DNA of 54,048 nt, filler included, from Sphacelaria rigidula (GCA_964200075.2; 2 parts of 2 records of this genome joined end to end with filler, not necessarily neighbours in it); one strand, 5' to 3'. Shown: positions 37,365 to 51,600, numbered from the whole stretch's first letter. Translations and numbers: made by a program. The notes: generated from the letters alone by a model not told the origin.

Positions 37365-40300
37365 CGCAGCACACTCTGTTTCCAGCATCACTCCGTCCAG
37401 TTGCATTTCAGAAATACCCAGCACCCACTCCTTATATACATGTTCCCACGATCTCGACCGTGCGCACCCTTGGGGACGCTTATTACCGTCAGCTGAAGAG
37501 AAACTCGTGACCACTACGTACTGAATGTGTCCAGGTTGATACGGCAGCGTGATCCGCCCTTAATTTCGCGGTTCATCGCTCCGGGCTGGTGCTCGTAGGC
37601 AGTAAGTAGCTGTGCCCGCACCACAGCTTTTCCCAGTATTCTGGGTTGTCACTATCATAATGGGCGGTCTGACTGTGGATGACCTGGAGCATCTTGTCGA
37701 TTATATGAGACGCGGGTTGTTTGGCAGGGGACAGCTCGCGCAAGGTCGTTGATCACCCATGATGATCCATGTGCAAGATAGGATGTCTGTAAAAAGAACC
37801 CTTGTCCTGTTTGCCTGAGTGGCCTCCAATTTTCAATGCACACTGAGTTCTACTGACTACTGTACAGTGTACAGGTCTGTAAGATTGGTTATGTAAAGGT
37901 AGTATCTCTGCACGTCTAAGTCACGCAGCGGTGAAAATAAAAAGGTGTGGCCGTGTGGCCGTTGCCTACGGGGGTAGGTCACCTGCTGAATCGGCATATA
38001 TTTCGCAGTCCGGTGTCGGGACATCTAGCACACGATTCGAGGGCCGATGCACAACGGATAAATTCAAGTCGTGTGGAAAAATACTTCGAAAATACGCCGA
38101 AGGCAAAACCAGTACGGCAGGGTCGCGGTCTCCTACGAAAGCAGCGGGCGGGATTTATACAATTTCAAATGTCCCAGTATGCTGTAACATCAGCGACTTA
38201 GCCCGAAGGTCCCCTTATATCTGCGGGGTTCAGAACCGAGAGCCTTCCGATGACGATCGCATGCCGTGAAGTGCCGTATGTGACGCCGTATCGTACAAAA
38301 TGCTCATACGCTGAATAACAGCCTGGGTGATCCTTGTTCGACTGTCTTCGGCAATGTATGACGGTTGGGGCGTGGCTTCGAATCTTGGGGTGAAGTCACA
38401 CGATCTAAGTTTTTTTCTCACATGATGCCCAACAGTGAATAGCTTATATGTCGTGGGTACTCGAGGAAAATTCGAAGTCACGGTCGGCGAGGGAAAGGAA
38501 CTGCTGAACCCTTCTCGCGACAAATCGAAAGGCAAGCATGGCTGAAAGAAGGTGGAGTTCTTGTCAAAAACAAGATGAGGATGAAGAACTCCTGTGTTGA
38601 CCTCCCTCCTGTGTGAACCCGGCTGATGCCCCCCCTTTATGCGGCATAGTATAGATTGGCGCTCAGAATAGACGGGATGGCCATGCGATACCTGTAGGAA
38701 ATGTCGAATTGGCTGTCAGTTGTTGGCGTCATGTTGAGGCCGCTTCTTGTGGTGTTGTCCCATCTCATGCTTGGGATTTCACAGTTTGAGAGGCTTTTTT
38801 CCTTCCATCTTTTCCCATCATCAGTCCTTTTTTCGAACTCATTTCTTCGCAGAGAGCACCCCATCGTGTGCAACATACAGTATACAGTATACAACAGTAG
38901 AACTACTGTCGTACCATAGTATACAGTACGAGTACAGGTACCAACTGTTTTTGTCCGATGATTTCATAAGTTGACCTCTTGATCGCAACAGTAGGTCACC
39001 TGCTGAATCGGCATCAATATTCACTTGAAACAGGTATAGGTGATTCAGATGGACTACACGCATCGCGGTGTAACGGGTACAACAGTACCAGATTGCTGCT
39101 AGTGTTTTTCCAAAGTTTATTTTTTCTTTCCCTTCAACCGAGATCTTTTCCTGGAGGATCGAGTATCTTCAAGAAATTACAACCCCCCCGCTCCCTCGAA
39201 CTGTTTCAGCCCTCTCCGTGAATAAATGATCGATATCGATGGCTAAGCTTTGCCGCGCAAGCTCCAAAAACGCTGCCATCGTCAGCTTGCATCGTCAACC
39301 CTGAACGTGTCTCACCTGTAGAAAAGGCATTATGTTTCGTAAGCCCGGATGATGGGCCTTCGCCCTTTATGCGTTTTGTTGTCTTGTTCAAAAGGGGCCC
39401 ATTTCGGAAACCCCGCTGAGGCGTTACCATTGCTTGATTTTAGCGTGCAAGACCGAAAAACTGAGGGCTTGTCTTGGCACATCACTTTTCGATGGAAGAA
39501 GTGCGGTGGAAAACAAAAATCGTGACCTGATCGGTTATGATTTCAACCATCGTCGTTAATTATGAAGATGGTTGAAATCATGACCTATCAGATCGGGATT
39601 TTTGCTTTCCACCGCACAATTTCGATCGGAAACTGATGTGCTGAGACAGGGCCTAAAACGCATAATTTATGCGGATTATGCAAAAACATAATGGGTCTAC
39701 CAGATGAGTCACCGTGGTGATCCAAGGATTAGAGCCGTTCTGATCCTTTTGGGACCGGACTCGCACTAATGAGGGATGACCCCTAGTTTGGACACACAGG
39801 CCACTTGTGCATCGGCATCTTTCTCAACCGTTTTCAAGTGGAAATGATGCCGATTTACACAACGCTCTCAACACTCTTCAGTCCGCTCTCCGGTCCCAAG
39901 AGGGTTAACGAGGCGAGAAAAGTGAGAACACGGCCGTGATGGTGAGGGTGATTCTGGAGATTTTTATCTTCTTTGTTTTGTTTCGCCCTTCCGATTGGTT
40001 GATAGCTGATGGGCAACCAATTGGGAGGGAAAAATAATGAATAAATTACCAATACCGCCATAATCGCCGTCATTCCCCCGGCGCGTTCTCTCTTTCCTTG
40101 TCTTGTTGAAACGACCTTTTTCGCCTTTTTCAGTTGCGGTTTCGATGCTTCGACCCTTCCACTTGCGGTTGAATCATCTGCGTTTTCCAGTATTTTGTTT
40201 TCAAGCATAGATGATGAAGAGGCAACTGACGACCTGTCCCGTCGGCCAACGTGTTCTGGAAAAAGACTACTGACTGTCGTTTACGGGAATGCGGGAAAAT

Positions 40301-40889
40301 ATGCCAGGCGCTTGTGGATTACAGTAATATTCATAAGTACATCTCATGAGAAGTGGTATGAAACTGACGTATTTTTTGCGGAAAATTGGAGGCCAGCCAT
40401 TTTGTACCAAGGACATGTTGATCAGATAATCGACTGACTGCAGTTTTCTCCCATCAACCGTTCCGCTACAATCCCACCATGGTCTAGTAAGGATAATAGA
40501 CACGTATACAATGTGATTTGACGGAAATAAGGGCTGAAGGAAGTATGAGTTACATCTCTGTAATCCTCGGTTGCCTTAGTGGTGGGGGCACAGCAGTACT
40601 CGAAGTACAGTACAGTACAGTACATTGCACCGCCTTCCGAAATGATCGCCGATGCGTTGGGTCCTTCCTTTTTCCGCATCTGATGTGAGTTTCGCGTCCA
40701 GTCGAGTTTACGTGAGTTCCGTATTCGGGTCACACCACCATCATCACGATTGGAAAATGCTTGGCGGTAGCAGTGTGGAACTACCTTGAGATGCATATCT
40801 CTGAAGGGGTGACAGTCCCGAGTGCCCCAATCTTGTGCAGCGGCACCCACGCGGATATTTGAGCTCCACCAACGTGCACCATACCTATC
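37365..40889 (-). CDS. Tentative multi-exon hypothetical protein gene, divergent from the 41859 gene; ends undefined
   Basis: Five candidate exons with GT-AG borders and matching phases: 40889-40631, 40255-40056, 39415-39316, 37842-37684, 37492-37365. The joined frame is open (DRYGARWW...EHVGRRDRSS...RGFRNG...VCIENW...ADGNKR). No homology recognised. Confidence 0.35.
38465..38683 (+). repeat. Family A copy 3 (diverged)
   Basis: aagaactcctgtgttgacctccctcctgtgtgaacccggctgatgc...cagaatag; the upstream part matches the 49084 copy (gggttcagca...tttccctcg). Confidence 0.7.
39465..39653. mobile_element. Tourist-like (PIF/Harbinger-type) hairpin MITE
   Basis: Almost the whole element is palindromic (gggcttgtcttggcacatca...atgatttcaaccatc / gatggttgaaatcat...tgatgtgctgagacagggcc); flanks TGA and TAA. 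Confidence 0.7.
39744..39904. mobile_element. Small piggyBac-like MITE
   Basis: tccttttgggaccgga ... tccggtcccaagaggg|TTAA; the left TTAA is degenerate. Confidence 0.5.
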
Positions 40890-41858
40890 CTAGGATAGAC
40901 ACTACATAGATGTAAATATATATATATCCCTTGCCCGAGGTTTCTCGTATGTGTTAGTCGGGGTTTTGAGGATGGATAGGGTTATTGTCCAGAATGCCTC
41001 AACCACAGTGTTTTGGTGATGAAATCGCGTGAACCCGCCTCATCCCGCGTCATCACTTATCGCCATTATGCAACAGCCAGAGATATTTTACCAACCGCTC
41101 CGTACAACCCCGCCCGCCCTGGCCCGGCGAGAACGCGGCGTGCTCCGTCCTGGCTTCGTAGGGGCGGACCGCCGATGGGGTTGGCGTGGGTTGGCGATGA
41201 CGCTGTAAATCACGCCACTCGTTGCGTAAGCCATCAGGTTGACGATTTTTTTCGCGCGCATTCGTGTTTTTCGCGGTGACCATGATGGTGGTCTAGCTAC
41301 ATCATGTTGTGCAGGGTGGGAGGATCTCAACTCCACGCAAAGGGGATGACCGTACTTTGTAGTCTTTGAATGCTGAGACACTCATGAGGCAGCGTGAAAG
41401 CCGTGGCTGTCTCTGGATGGTGATACCAGAAAAAATAGCAACTCATCGGAGGCTGCCATCCTAATGCAGGGTAGTCAGTAGGCTTCGGGCCGAACAATCT
41501 TTGCAGGATGCAGCACACCCTTCACGCGAGTCGTCGAACACACCACGGCGCTTTGCGGTTGGTGATAGAGTGCGAGCCCGCTCCTGCGAAAACCCGGCGT
41601 GCCCCGTCCCGGCTTTGTAGGGATGCGGGGTCAGTGGTCTGATGACTGTGGAATGCATGACCATGAGTACACCCCCCCCCCCGCCCGCCCGCCCGCCCGC
41701 CAGGCGAGTTTACTTGACAATAATTTACCAAACTGTTGCGATTGAGTCTCATCCTTCCCTCCCAAAACACGCACAGGCAACGACGAACTGAGGAGAATCA
41801 GGCGGGCCTGGATTGAGATCGGGAGGGGGCTATAATCCCAGGGCGCCTGGTGAATAGC

Positions 41859-42641
41859 ATGGTCAATTTGTCCATGTCGCCAACAAACACGGCGTCGCCC
41901 ACCACGGAGGGGGGTGATAGTACTCACCACAAGGATATGACACCCGGGGGAATCGTCACGGGCCGAAACAATACCTCGTCCGCGGAAACGGGGAACGTTC
42001 CCGGGAAGCAGGAGTGGGATAGTGAATCATTGCCGTCCCCCGTTTACGCTACCCCACCGGGGTCGCCGTGCCGCGGGTTGTCGAGCGAGGCGGCGGAAGT
42101 CCAGGAGGGTAAGTTGCTGGGCTCGGAGATTGCTGAGGGCAGCGGTCGACGGAGCGTCGGAGGGGAAAGCGGGAGTAGTGCAGCGAAGGTTTCTCTGCCG
42201 ACTACGCCGCGTTTGTTAGCCGCCGCTGTTAGGATGTCGGCGGGCGCTGAAGAGGGAAGTAGCGAAGATGACGAAGAAAACTGTTCCGATCTGGGGATGG
42301 TGGATAGGCGGAGTAAAGATTTTCCGGGCGGTGCCGCGTCTACAGCGTCCCCGTCCCCGCCGAATCATCATCGTAATGATGATGATGGAGGAAATGCAAA
42401 CGCCTCCTTTCGAACGACGGCGACGACGAGCACTGGTGCGAGTACCCCGTCGCCTGCTGTCGCTATTGCGACGACAACGAGCGATGACGACGATGATGAC
42501 GATGATGATCACTACGGTGACGTGCTGGGGGAGCATGTCGACACGTTCGCGAGGCCGACGGCGTCGGGCCAGGGGAGGTACGGAGCGATGTCGGAACAGC
42601 GTGGCGACGTACACAGCTGCGACGGCACAGCCGAGCAGCAG

Positions 42642-42673
<32 letters not shown>

Positions 42674-45600
42674 ACAAGCCGGCGAACGACTTACCGTGGG
42701 GTTTTCCCCTCGCCCTCAGATGATGCAGCCGCCGTCCGCTTCCTCCACGCCGTCCGTGTCTCCGAGAATTCGAAACGGGACGGGGCCTGGCAACACGAGT
42801 AACCGTCCCAACCATCAACATCAACATCTTCAACAGCAACAGCAGCAGAGAGGTCGGACCAAAGTCAAAGTGGAGCGTCCGTTTCCGTCAGACTCTTCCC
42901 CACGGGGGGACGTGATCCTCGCATCTCCTCGCCTGGCACTGCCCAGTTCGTCATGCTCCCCGCGAGCGTCCAGGAAGACCGCTCGGGGGTTCGCTTCTCC
43001 CTCGACTCGAGGAGGTGAAGGCCGAGGCGGAGGCGGAGGCGGAGGCGGAGGCGAATCGGTCGTCTCGTCTCCGAGGGTGAAGGTCGCCATATCGTCTCTA
43101 TCGGCCGAGGAGGATTTGGTGGCGGGCTTGACATCGGCGGTGGCATGTGGGCGAGAAGCGGTGGGGGTGTCCACGGGGGTTTCACCGCGACCGATAGCGT
43201 TGGGTGAAGAGTTGTATTCGTCGTCGTCGTTGGCGTCTCGGCGAGGGGGCAAGTCGGCGAGGAGAGGAGGACCAGGCTTTCCTGGTTGTGGCTCTCCCCG
43301 ACCTGTAGCAGGTGCGTTATTCTCTAAATGAGCGGTTGTAAGGGGGACGGGCGGCTAGACGTTGACACTCCTGAGGTGTGTGGGCCGAACCCGACATGTC
43401 AGGGCAGGAGGGGGTTGATGTCAACCGAACCGATCGACAACTCAGCGTTGAATCGGATATTTTGAAGAAGTTTTTATTTTTTTCTACAAAACGGCGAGGG
43501 TGGAATATGCGGGAACTGGGACGGCTAATTGAAGGCAGTCAAGGGTCGGTGAATATCACCTGGAACGTAACACATTATCCTCCCCGAGTTGATGGGTTCA
43601 CAGCTGTCTATCAATACTATATATCCGTACGGGGACTAGGAGGAATATGTCACCCGGGATTGATTGCAGGAATTCGCAGCTCTTGATGTTTGACGTCATG
43701 AAAGAAAAAACTGGCGTTGGACAGTTACCCAGGATCCCTTGTCGAGATTTTTGTAAAGAGGAATCTATTGGGGGTTAGGAGGCGTTCTCGTGTGTACGGA
43801 AAAAGAAGATCAAGTGGGGTGATGTGGAAAGGTCCGTTCGCGACAGGCGGGTGTGGTAATTTTGTTTTCCCTCTAGGGTTGTATCCACATCACCTCCCCC
43901 CCCGCCCCTTCTTCCCTGCGCCTGATACGTAAATTTTTGTTCCATGGTTTTTAGAGCGGCATGTGTTCGACTTCTTTTGGCCGTGGTGTATGTACAATAC
44001 ATGTATTTTGAGGCGGGTTGACCCCTTTTCCGTGGTAGTAAGCGGTGGTTGACACACCATTCGTTGATGTCAAAACATGACGATTGACCTATAATCCAAA
44101 CCCAACCGCAAGCCGACCGGGAGAACCGTTGGGCAGGTCAAGCGAGGCGCATAAAGTCCCCTAGGCAAAATGTGCTTCATTTCGGCTTGAGTTGACGCGT
44201 GAGCCTGCGGTTCCGATTCGAACCAAAATGCATTATGACCGCGCTGACCGAGCGCTCGGGACAGTGAGCCTCTGACAGATCCACATACTATGGTGTGCAC
44301 TATTATAGAACTCAGTATGTTCTCAACCGTCGCTCATGTGCGGCAAACTTGAGTAAACTCTACCGTCGACCTTGGTTCCCCCGCTGAATGCGTGACATTA
44401 TCAGTCAAACGCAGGACTGTTATGGCCCTCACTCTGCTCTGTACTGTCCCGCTTTTTCTGCTTTTTTTCTTCTCCTGTTCGTACTTTCTGTCGAATCTCT
44501 CGTCTCACCTCATCCTACCCCCCACCCTCGTGCTCCTCCCTTGTTATGGTGGATGGCTCAGGTCGAGGGTTTCCGAGTTCTTCTCCGCGAGCGAGGGTGG
44601 GTTCTTCCCCGAGAGCCGCAGTAGGGGCGGGTTATCCAGATGGGATGGACTGGTGGAACGAGCTGGAGCTCAGTCCCTCCAGGGTTGAGATGCCGGGGCT
44701 TCAGAGATGGAGGTATTTGTTGCACATGTCGGACAGCTCATGAGCTACCCAGAATACCTAATCGAAGGGGATTCTCAGATCCCTGGCAGGAGGGTCAGAA
44801 GCCAAAGCGCTACCTTTACGCTACTCCGGGTGCTCGGTATCCAGCGCTGTAGGGAGTAGATCTGGAAGGAAAGCGACCACATTTAGCTCGCTCGTGATAC
44901 GGATCAGTACACTAGTTATTATTATAATTATCATCATTATCATTTCCGCACATTGGTCCGATCTCGCGAACCCGTGGTCACAGATGTAGGCTCGCCTTTC
45001 CAATACCGTCCTTGCTATTCCTTGCCAGATACATTACCAAAAAAAAAAAAGATAAAAGAGAGACTCCACGAAAACCGGTGAGAAGTAGCTCCCCCGAGTT
45101 CAACGGGGAGAGAAGAGAAAGGAAGAAGAACAAACAGACAACAAACGCTAAATCTGTCAAAAATGTACTCCAGTACACTAGTAAGGAGTAATATTCAGGG
45201 AGGTCAATTCATGAGCTGTCCGGCGGGTGACTTGTTGTGATCACGCGTTACCCATTTCATACTCACATGCTTGCGACGGGCGGGTAGTCTCGTGATTCGT
45301 AGGGAAGTCATTCACTGATTTTGGCGGCCAGGATGGGGGTTCCGAGGTTCACGAGATGAAAGGTTCTTGTTGGGTGAAAGATGGGTACGTTTGTGACACT
45401 CTTTGGCGATGTTATCAATTGTCATTGTACAGGGTGTGATATCTCGTGAGTCTTCAGTCATTTTCCACAAGGCTCGACTCGCAGCCAATCAGCTCGTACT
45501 CCACGACTATCAGCAAAAAATGTCGTCATCTTCCCGTTGTACTGGATACATTTTGCAGGGACAACCGAAGGACAGCGGCGCCATCGCTGCATGCTTCTGT

Positions 45601-48600
45601 CAGCGAGCAACAGACATCGTCGGACACGAACAGCGCAGATGCAGAGGATTCATCGGCATCTAGTCCTGTACTTTTTTCCTCGACGTCATCCTCCAATAAG
45701 CTATCACGATCATACGTGACGCTGCTGGCCGCTGCGGCTGCAGCCGAAGAAAGTAGAGGAATAAGTCCGGCCCTACGCGATCTGGGAGGGTATTTGGATC
45801 ATAGCCGGCGATGGGGCTCGGGTCGTATGGCATCATCCTCCACAATTGTAGACGGCCAGGTGGGGGCAAAAAAATAGTGTGAGCGTTGGGCGTGTATGTG
45901 TGCGAGTGTTTTTTTCAATACTCCTTGGATATTTCTGCGATTGATACAGAACGATATCGTTCAAAACTGTGTCCTCCTTGGCATAAGCTCGGCAGTTGGA
46001 TTCGAAAGCCACCAGCGCTTGTGCGATGTTCGAAACCAACCTCTTGTGTTCTGAAATGAAGCTTTGTATCGTTCCACACTTGATCGATCTGTTTTCAAAA
46101 GTTAATATCCTGTTTTCGTTGTTGTTTCTGTTGCTGTCGTTTGTTGATGTTGTTCTTCGTGGCGCTCTTCAGCCTCCCAGAGCAGCAGCGGACTCCTTCG
46201 CGAGAGATCGGGATCGGGATTCCGACGACCGTATCCGTCGCCTTGAAGCAGAAAATCTCAGGCTGAGGTTTAGAGTTGCGGATCTCGAGGGGCAGGTGGG
46301 TTTCTTTTTTTGGGTGCTTTTCATTATTGAAAAATATGCGGGCGATTTCCATGCCCCTCCCTCCCGCATACCCGCGGTAAGGAGAAGAAGTGCTTTATTA
46401 TCCGACAAACAGGATCCGCGGTTCTCGCGCGAAGTTCCACGATACGACATTGTCCGTAGCTGCACTTTTTCAGGGTCGAGCGTCTCCAGCTCAATATGCA
46501 AAAACGTGCACCGTACATATCTCATGTCGATGTTGGCGATGTTGTGTGTATTGCTCAGGTGAGCGTCATGGAAGACGAGCTGGAGAGGCGAGGCGTCCGA
46601 TCAAACGGTCCCGCTGAGGATCACAACAGCTCGGGAGACGGTCGGCAGTGGTCGATCAGCAAGCCGGGCAGCGAGGCAGGCTCCGGAGGAGGCGACGAGG
46701 CGGCCTCTTCCCCGTGGGGAACGGGCGGCGGAGGTGAACCAGTGTTGTCTCCCAGGGGAAGGGGGTACTTGGCGCGGTTGGTGGTGGATGTTTGCAAGGA
46801 GCTGGATCAGAGCAGGAAGGTGAGGTCGGGTTGGTGGTTGTTCGCGAGAAGCTGTGGATCTCGAGCTTCCGATGTAAAGTTAAGCACTCCCTGGAAAACT
46901 GTTTCTGTTGTCGAGAAGTGTACTGCGTAGAGTAGTATCAGATCCAATGTGTATTGCAGTAGATGCAATAGTGGGTATTGTACGCGTTACACTTTTTCTG
47001 ACTGTATATTATCGTCATCATCCAGGGTGCGTTGTTGAGGGCGGTTTCTGGTGGTTGATTGATTCGTGCAAAAGGGAGCTGGATATATGGACTTGGAACC
47101 CGAGTGCGCGAAAATGTTATTGCCGGCGGTGGATGATTCATGTGTAGGGATGTGGATGTCAAGAGGGCTTACATGGAAGAAGGAAGTTTGGCTGCGGTGG
47201 GTTCTGCTTAACTTCGTCTGTCGAGGGGCTGAATCGTTATACAGCGGAATGATGAGATATGCACAAGTATCCCCTATGCGCGATATACCGGATTTTTTGT
47301 AAGCTATATCGGCTGGCGAGTGTGTCGGAGTCGGAGCACACGACAGTAGCACCGTCACGTGGTGTGTGTGTGTGTGTGTTTGTGTATGTCTGTATTATTT
47401 TTTCGCGCACCCACACCCCCTAATGGAATAGTGTTATGTAAACCTTGATATCCTTGAGACGCGGTAAGAGCTTGCGGCACCCGCTCAGGACCAGGGCTGG
47501 CAACATATGAATGAAGGGTGGCAATATATTGCTTACGGTATATGCAGCCATAAATCTACGTATTCGTCCATTCATCGGCGTGACTGAGGAATCACCGTTG
47601 TTTTCGATAACATCGGGTTGGGTTGGACAAGAACAAATTACGAGGGGGCACAGTCACGAATCAGTTGTTGCGGTGGCCTGAAGAATGAGTTGGTGTTGAA
47701 AGACAGGAGAGCTGTCACCTGGAGGCGTCATACTTTCACCCTGACTCACTCTACATGAATCAGTGCTCGAGGTGGACACGTCGCCGAGGAGAACCAGGCT
47801 GGCAAAGTCGACCCCTTGATGGAGTGTCCCGAACAACCCACAAACGAAGGGTACTGGGAACGAGACCTCGGAGTAGAGGTCGGATGCGGAGTAATTTTGT
47901 TTCGGGGTGGGCGTGTGCATGTGTGTATATGTTTGTCATCTGACCCCATTTATCTGATTGGCGTGTTCATCGTCCGTCAGGAAGAATCCGAGACACTTTT
48001 CGAAAAAGAATCGCGTCCGTTTTGAACCCAAAATGATGATCATATTGATCATGATAATCATGACAACAATAACTGACAGTAAGTGGCATTGTTAGTGATG
48101 ACGATAGTGATTATAGTAACAACGATACTGATGATTATTTTCAAAATGAAAGTCAGAGTGATGAGATAGAGTTGTAGTGGTGATGAGTCACGACTAATTT
48201 TTGCTCATTTTTTCGTTTTTATGATGCCGTTTTTTGAACCGACAAAAGGCGGTTGTGCGGCGAGAGTCGACAGGAAGCGGGAGCGGAAGTGTCCCTCGAT
48301 CGGAGAGGTTGTGCAAGGTCCTCCCAAAGGTGATGGAGACAGCTATCAAGGGAGTGAGGGACCTCGACGAACAGGCAAGCTTAATATTCCTATTTTATCA
48401 TTTTACATGCTTTATTTTGGTTGTCCTTTCTTTTCAAGTGCAGGTCGAGTAGAGTATACTCAATTGCGGGGTATTTTAAAAGACGAACTTGGGGTACTCA
48501 AGTCGGGGTAGAGTGTTGGGAGTCGTACCCAAAAAATTGCTGGGAAGCAATTCCTGAAACCCTACCCTCAATTTGTGTAGTTCGAGTACGACTTTCAGAA

Positions 48601-51600
48601 TACCCCACAATTGAGTATACTCTACTCGACCTACTCTTGTTTCTGTTGTCCTTCTCTTTCCCCTTATTCCTCTTATTTGCTTTTGTTGAATTTTCTGTTT
48701 TCACTATTTTCCTCCTTTTTTCACGTGTTCTTTTTCCTCTGTATTTTTTCTTCTTTACTCTGCTTCCCGTGTTTGGTTTCTTCTTATTCCGTTTCCTTCC
48801 CCCGGTGTCCTTGTACACACTCACATTTATATATTTCTTGTTCCCTCTTGTTTCGTATGGAAAATGACACGAGAGTCACTGTTTCGGCTCCCACGGATTT
48901 GAAACGTCTGGGAAAATGCAGGCTGGTGATGACGACCCTTGCAAGCCCTGTTAGGAGAACACACTGGGGTGTGTGACACTTGGAGTATGACCCTGACGTT
49001 TCCATGATTTTTCGTCATCACAATTGTGCACGCTGCCGAATCTGCTTTTTTTTTTCTTGCGTGAAATGATGATGACCAATTGGGTGCGTGTGTGTCGTGT
49101 GTTGGCATCCTATGTATTCTGGACGCCAGTCTAGACCTTTTGGTAAATGTGGGCGCATCAGCCGGGGTCACACAGGAAGGCCAACACAGCAGTTTTTTTT
49201 TCTTTGTACTCCACCTTTCTCCTGCAGTGCTTGCCTTCGTGTTTTATCGCAAGAGGGTTCAGCAATCCCTTTCCCTCGTCGACCGTGGAGTCTAACTTTT
49301 TTTGTACACCGATTTTTCAGACGATAGTTATTGTGATGGATGCAGTGGTGATGATACGATGGGTGCGGTCATGAGGTCATACGGTCATGAAATCATACGA
49401 CGTCGAGGATACGGTCATACGGTCATACAGTTTCACGGCGATGATTGTACGATGATACGATAATATAGTCATACGGTTGGTGTCACCAGAAAGAACAGAG
49501 GTGCTTTATCCACATCACCTTTTACCGTATCGTTTCTGCTCTCCCGGTCACGCAAATGGTCTCCCGAATATATTTTTTACCCTCCAACAGGTGTTCGAGC
49601 AGATGATGCAAGCCGCGGCCGAGAGAATGCCGCCTCCACCTCCGCCACCACCGCCGGGCACTCCCGCCCGGAGGTTATCCAGCTGTGTCGTTGCGAGAGA
49701 TGGCGGGGGCGAGTTTTTCGCGCAGAGCCCTGCTCCCGGGCGCCCCGCCAGTTTCTTCCGGTCAGTTGTGTTCCCGAATCTTTTCGTGAATGTGAAGGGT
49801 TGGCACGCGTCCCTGTTGATATGATGGTGGTTGACCTTGTATACGTCGGACAGATCAACTCCCTGTAGCTCGAGGTAGTTTTTTGTTGTTGTTGTAGCTC
49901 CTTACTTACTAAGCTGTGAGCGCTGCGTGAGCTACCACGCATGTTCGCCCTCGGTTAGCGATGAGAGCTACGTGAGCTGAGCGTGTTTGGTCAGGGTGAG
50001 CTATGAGAGCTGCATGGGGTACGCATGTTTTCCCCTGTGTGAGCCGTCAGAGAAGCATGAGCTACGCATGTTTGCACTGGATGAGCCATCAGGCGTAGCT
50101 CATCCGCACATGCTTGACCACACGTGAGCTACGACGGGCAGATGAGGTTAGCTTACGAGCTGTCCGGCCCGTGTAGCCTTGCGTGTCGAAGAAGCTTGGT
50201 TGTTTTTGTCCGGCCTGAGTTTTCAGATGACTGCAGTAGCTCGGAATCGATTTAGAGAGGAACGATGAAAGAATATCGCCACACAAACAGTGCTATTATA
50301 AACGTTGGAGAAACTTTGAATACATGACCCACCCATTCTTGGGTAAAAATACTTCAATACATGTGTGTGTGTGTTTTTTTTATTCTGATCCTGACTCTGA
50401 TTTTGATTTTGATTTTGATATTGATATTGACACGAAGATGGCAAGATGGCTCCGTACTTTTTGTTTTGTCTCGTGATTTTTTTTCAACATTCTTGTGTTT
50501 TAACTGGGATGAGGGATTCAGGTTAGGCGAACCTCGAACTCCCGGAAAGCCGCCCGCGTCATCATCTAGTACTGGAACCGTCGGAGGATCAGGCGGGGCA
50601 CGGGGGAGCCCGCCGGAGTCCGCCAGAGAAAGACGGACAAGAACGCGGTCGCAACTACAAAATCCGGCAGTATCGGTCAATGGACCTACAAGTAATCCGG
50701 GGGTGGTATCCAGAAGTAATCCGGAGACTCCGAAGCGCAACAGGGGCGCGGGACGGATTTTGGCTGTGGGGGAGTGGTGGGCGTCTGCGTTTACGCCTAC
50801 AGCATCAACGGTTAGGTATGCTATCCTTTCATGTAATGTAAACATGTATACTACTGACTGCTTGGGTTGAAGGTCGAATCTCGCCCTCGTCGAACGTGAA
50901 CGATGATGGAAAAACATTGCACTATCTCATCAAGCTCTCGACAACGAAAAATGTGGCAGGGTGACGTGAAGCTGAAGGGGTTTGTCAAGTGTACTGTTTC
51001 AAGAGTAGGTCTACTTGTCCCGCTTGCACGGGAGCGTTCACACGTAATCTTGGTCGGACATACGTATACGAAGTATATATATATTTTTTATCACCAGGAT
51101 GATTTTTGTATCTTTTGCTCTGAAAGTATAGTTTGACGTGCGGAGGAGCAGTCGGGTTGGGATTGGGGGCGCGCGATGGGGAGGGTGGAGACGAGTTGCC
51201 TGGCCAGCCTGGACGTTGGAATCAAATCTCCACATGTCGACCTAATCAGCTCCCTGTAGCTCGAGCTAGCTTTTTTTTTTTTTGCGTATCTCCTTTCTGA
51301 GCTATGAGAGCTATCTGAGCCGCGTATGTTTTCACTGGGTGAGCTACGGGACGTAGCTCATCATGCGAGGATGAGCTACAAAAGTTACTTGAGCTACGCG
51401 TGTTTGCCCTGAATGAGCTATGAGAGCTCCATGAGCTACGCATGTTTATCTTTGGAGAGGTACCGTCGCGTAGCTCACCCGCACATAACGCATGTTTGAT
51501 CATGATGAGCTGTGTGAGCGGCATGAGCTGGCCGTGTTTGTCCTGGGTGAGCCATCGGGCGTAGATCACCTGTACATGTTTAACCATAAGCGAGCTACGG

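Noticed and set aside
47981..48025. Terminal exon EESETLFEKESRPF* of the SPR-rich gene
   Set aside because: A longer phase-consistent downstream exon chain exists. It cannot be excluded as a minor isoform but is unsupported.
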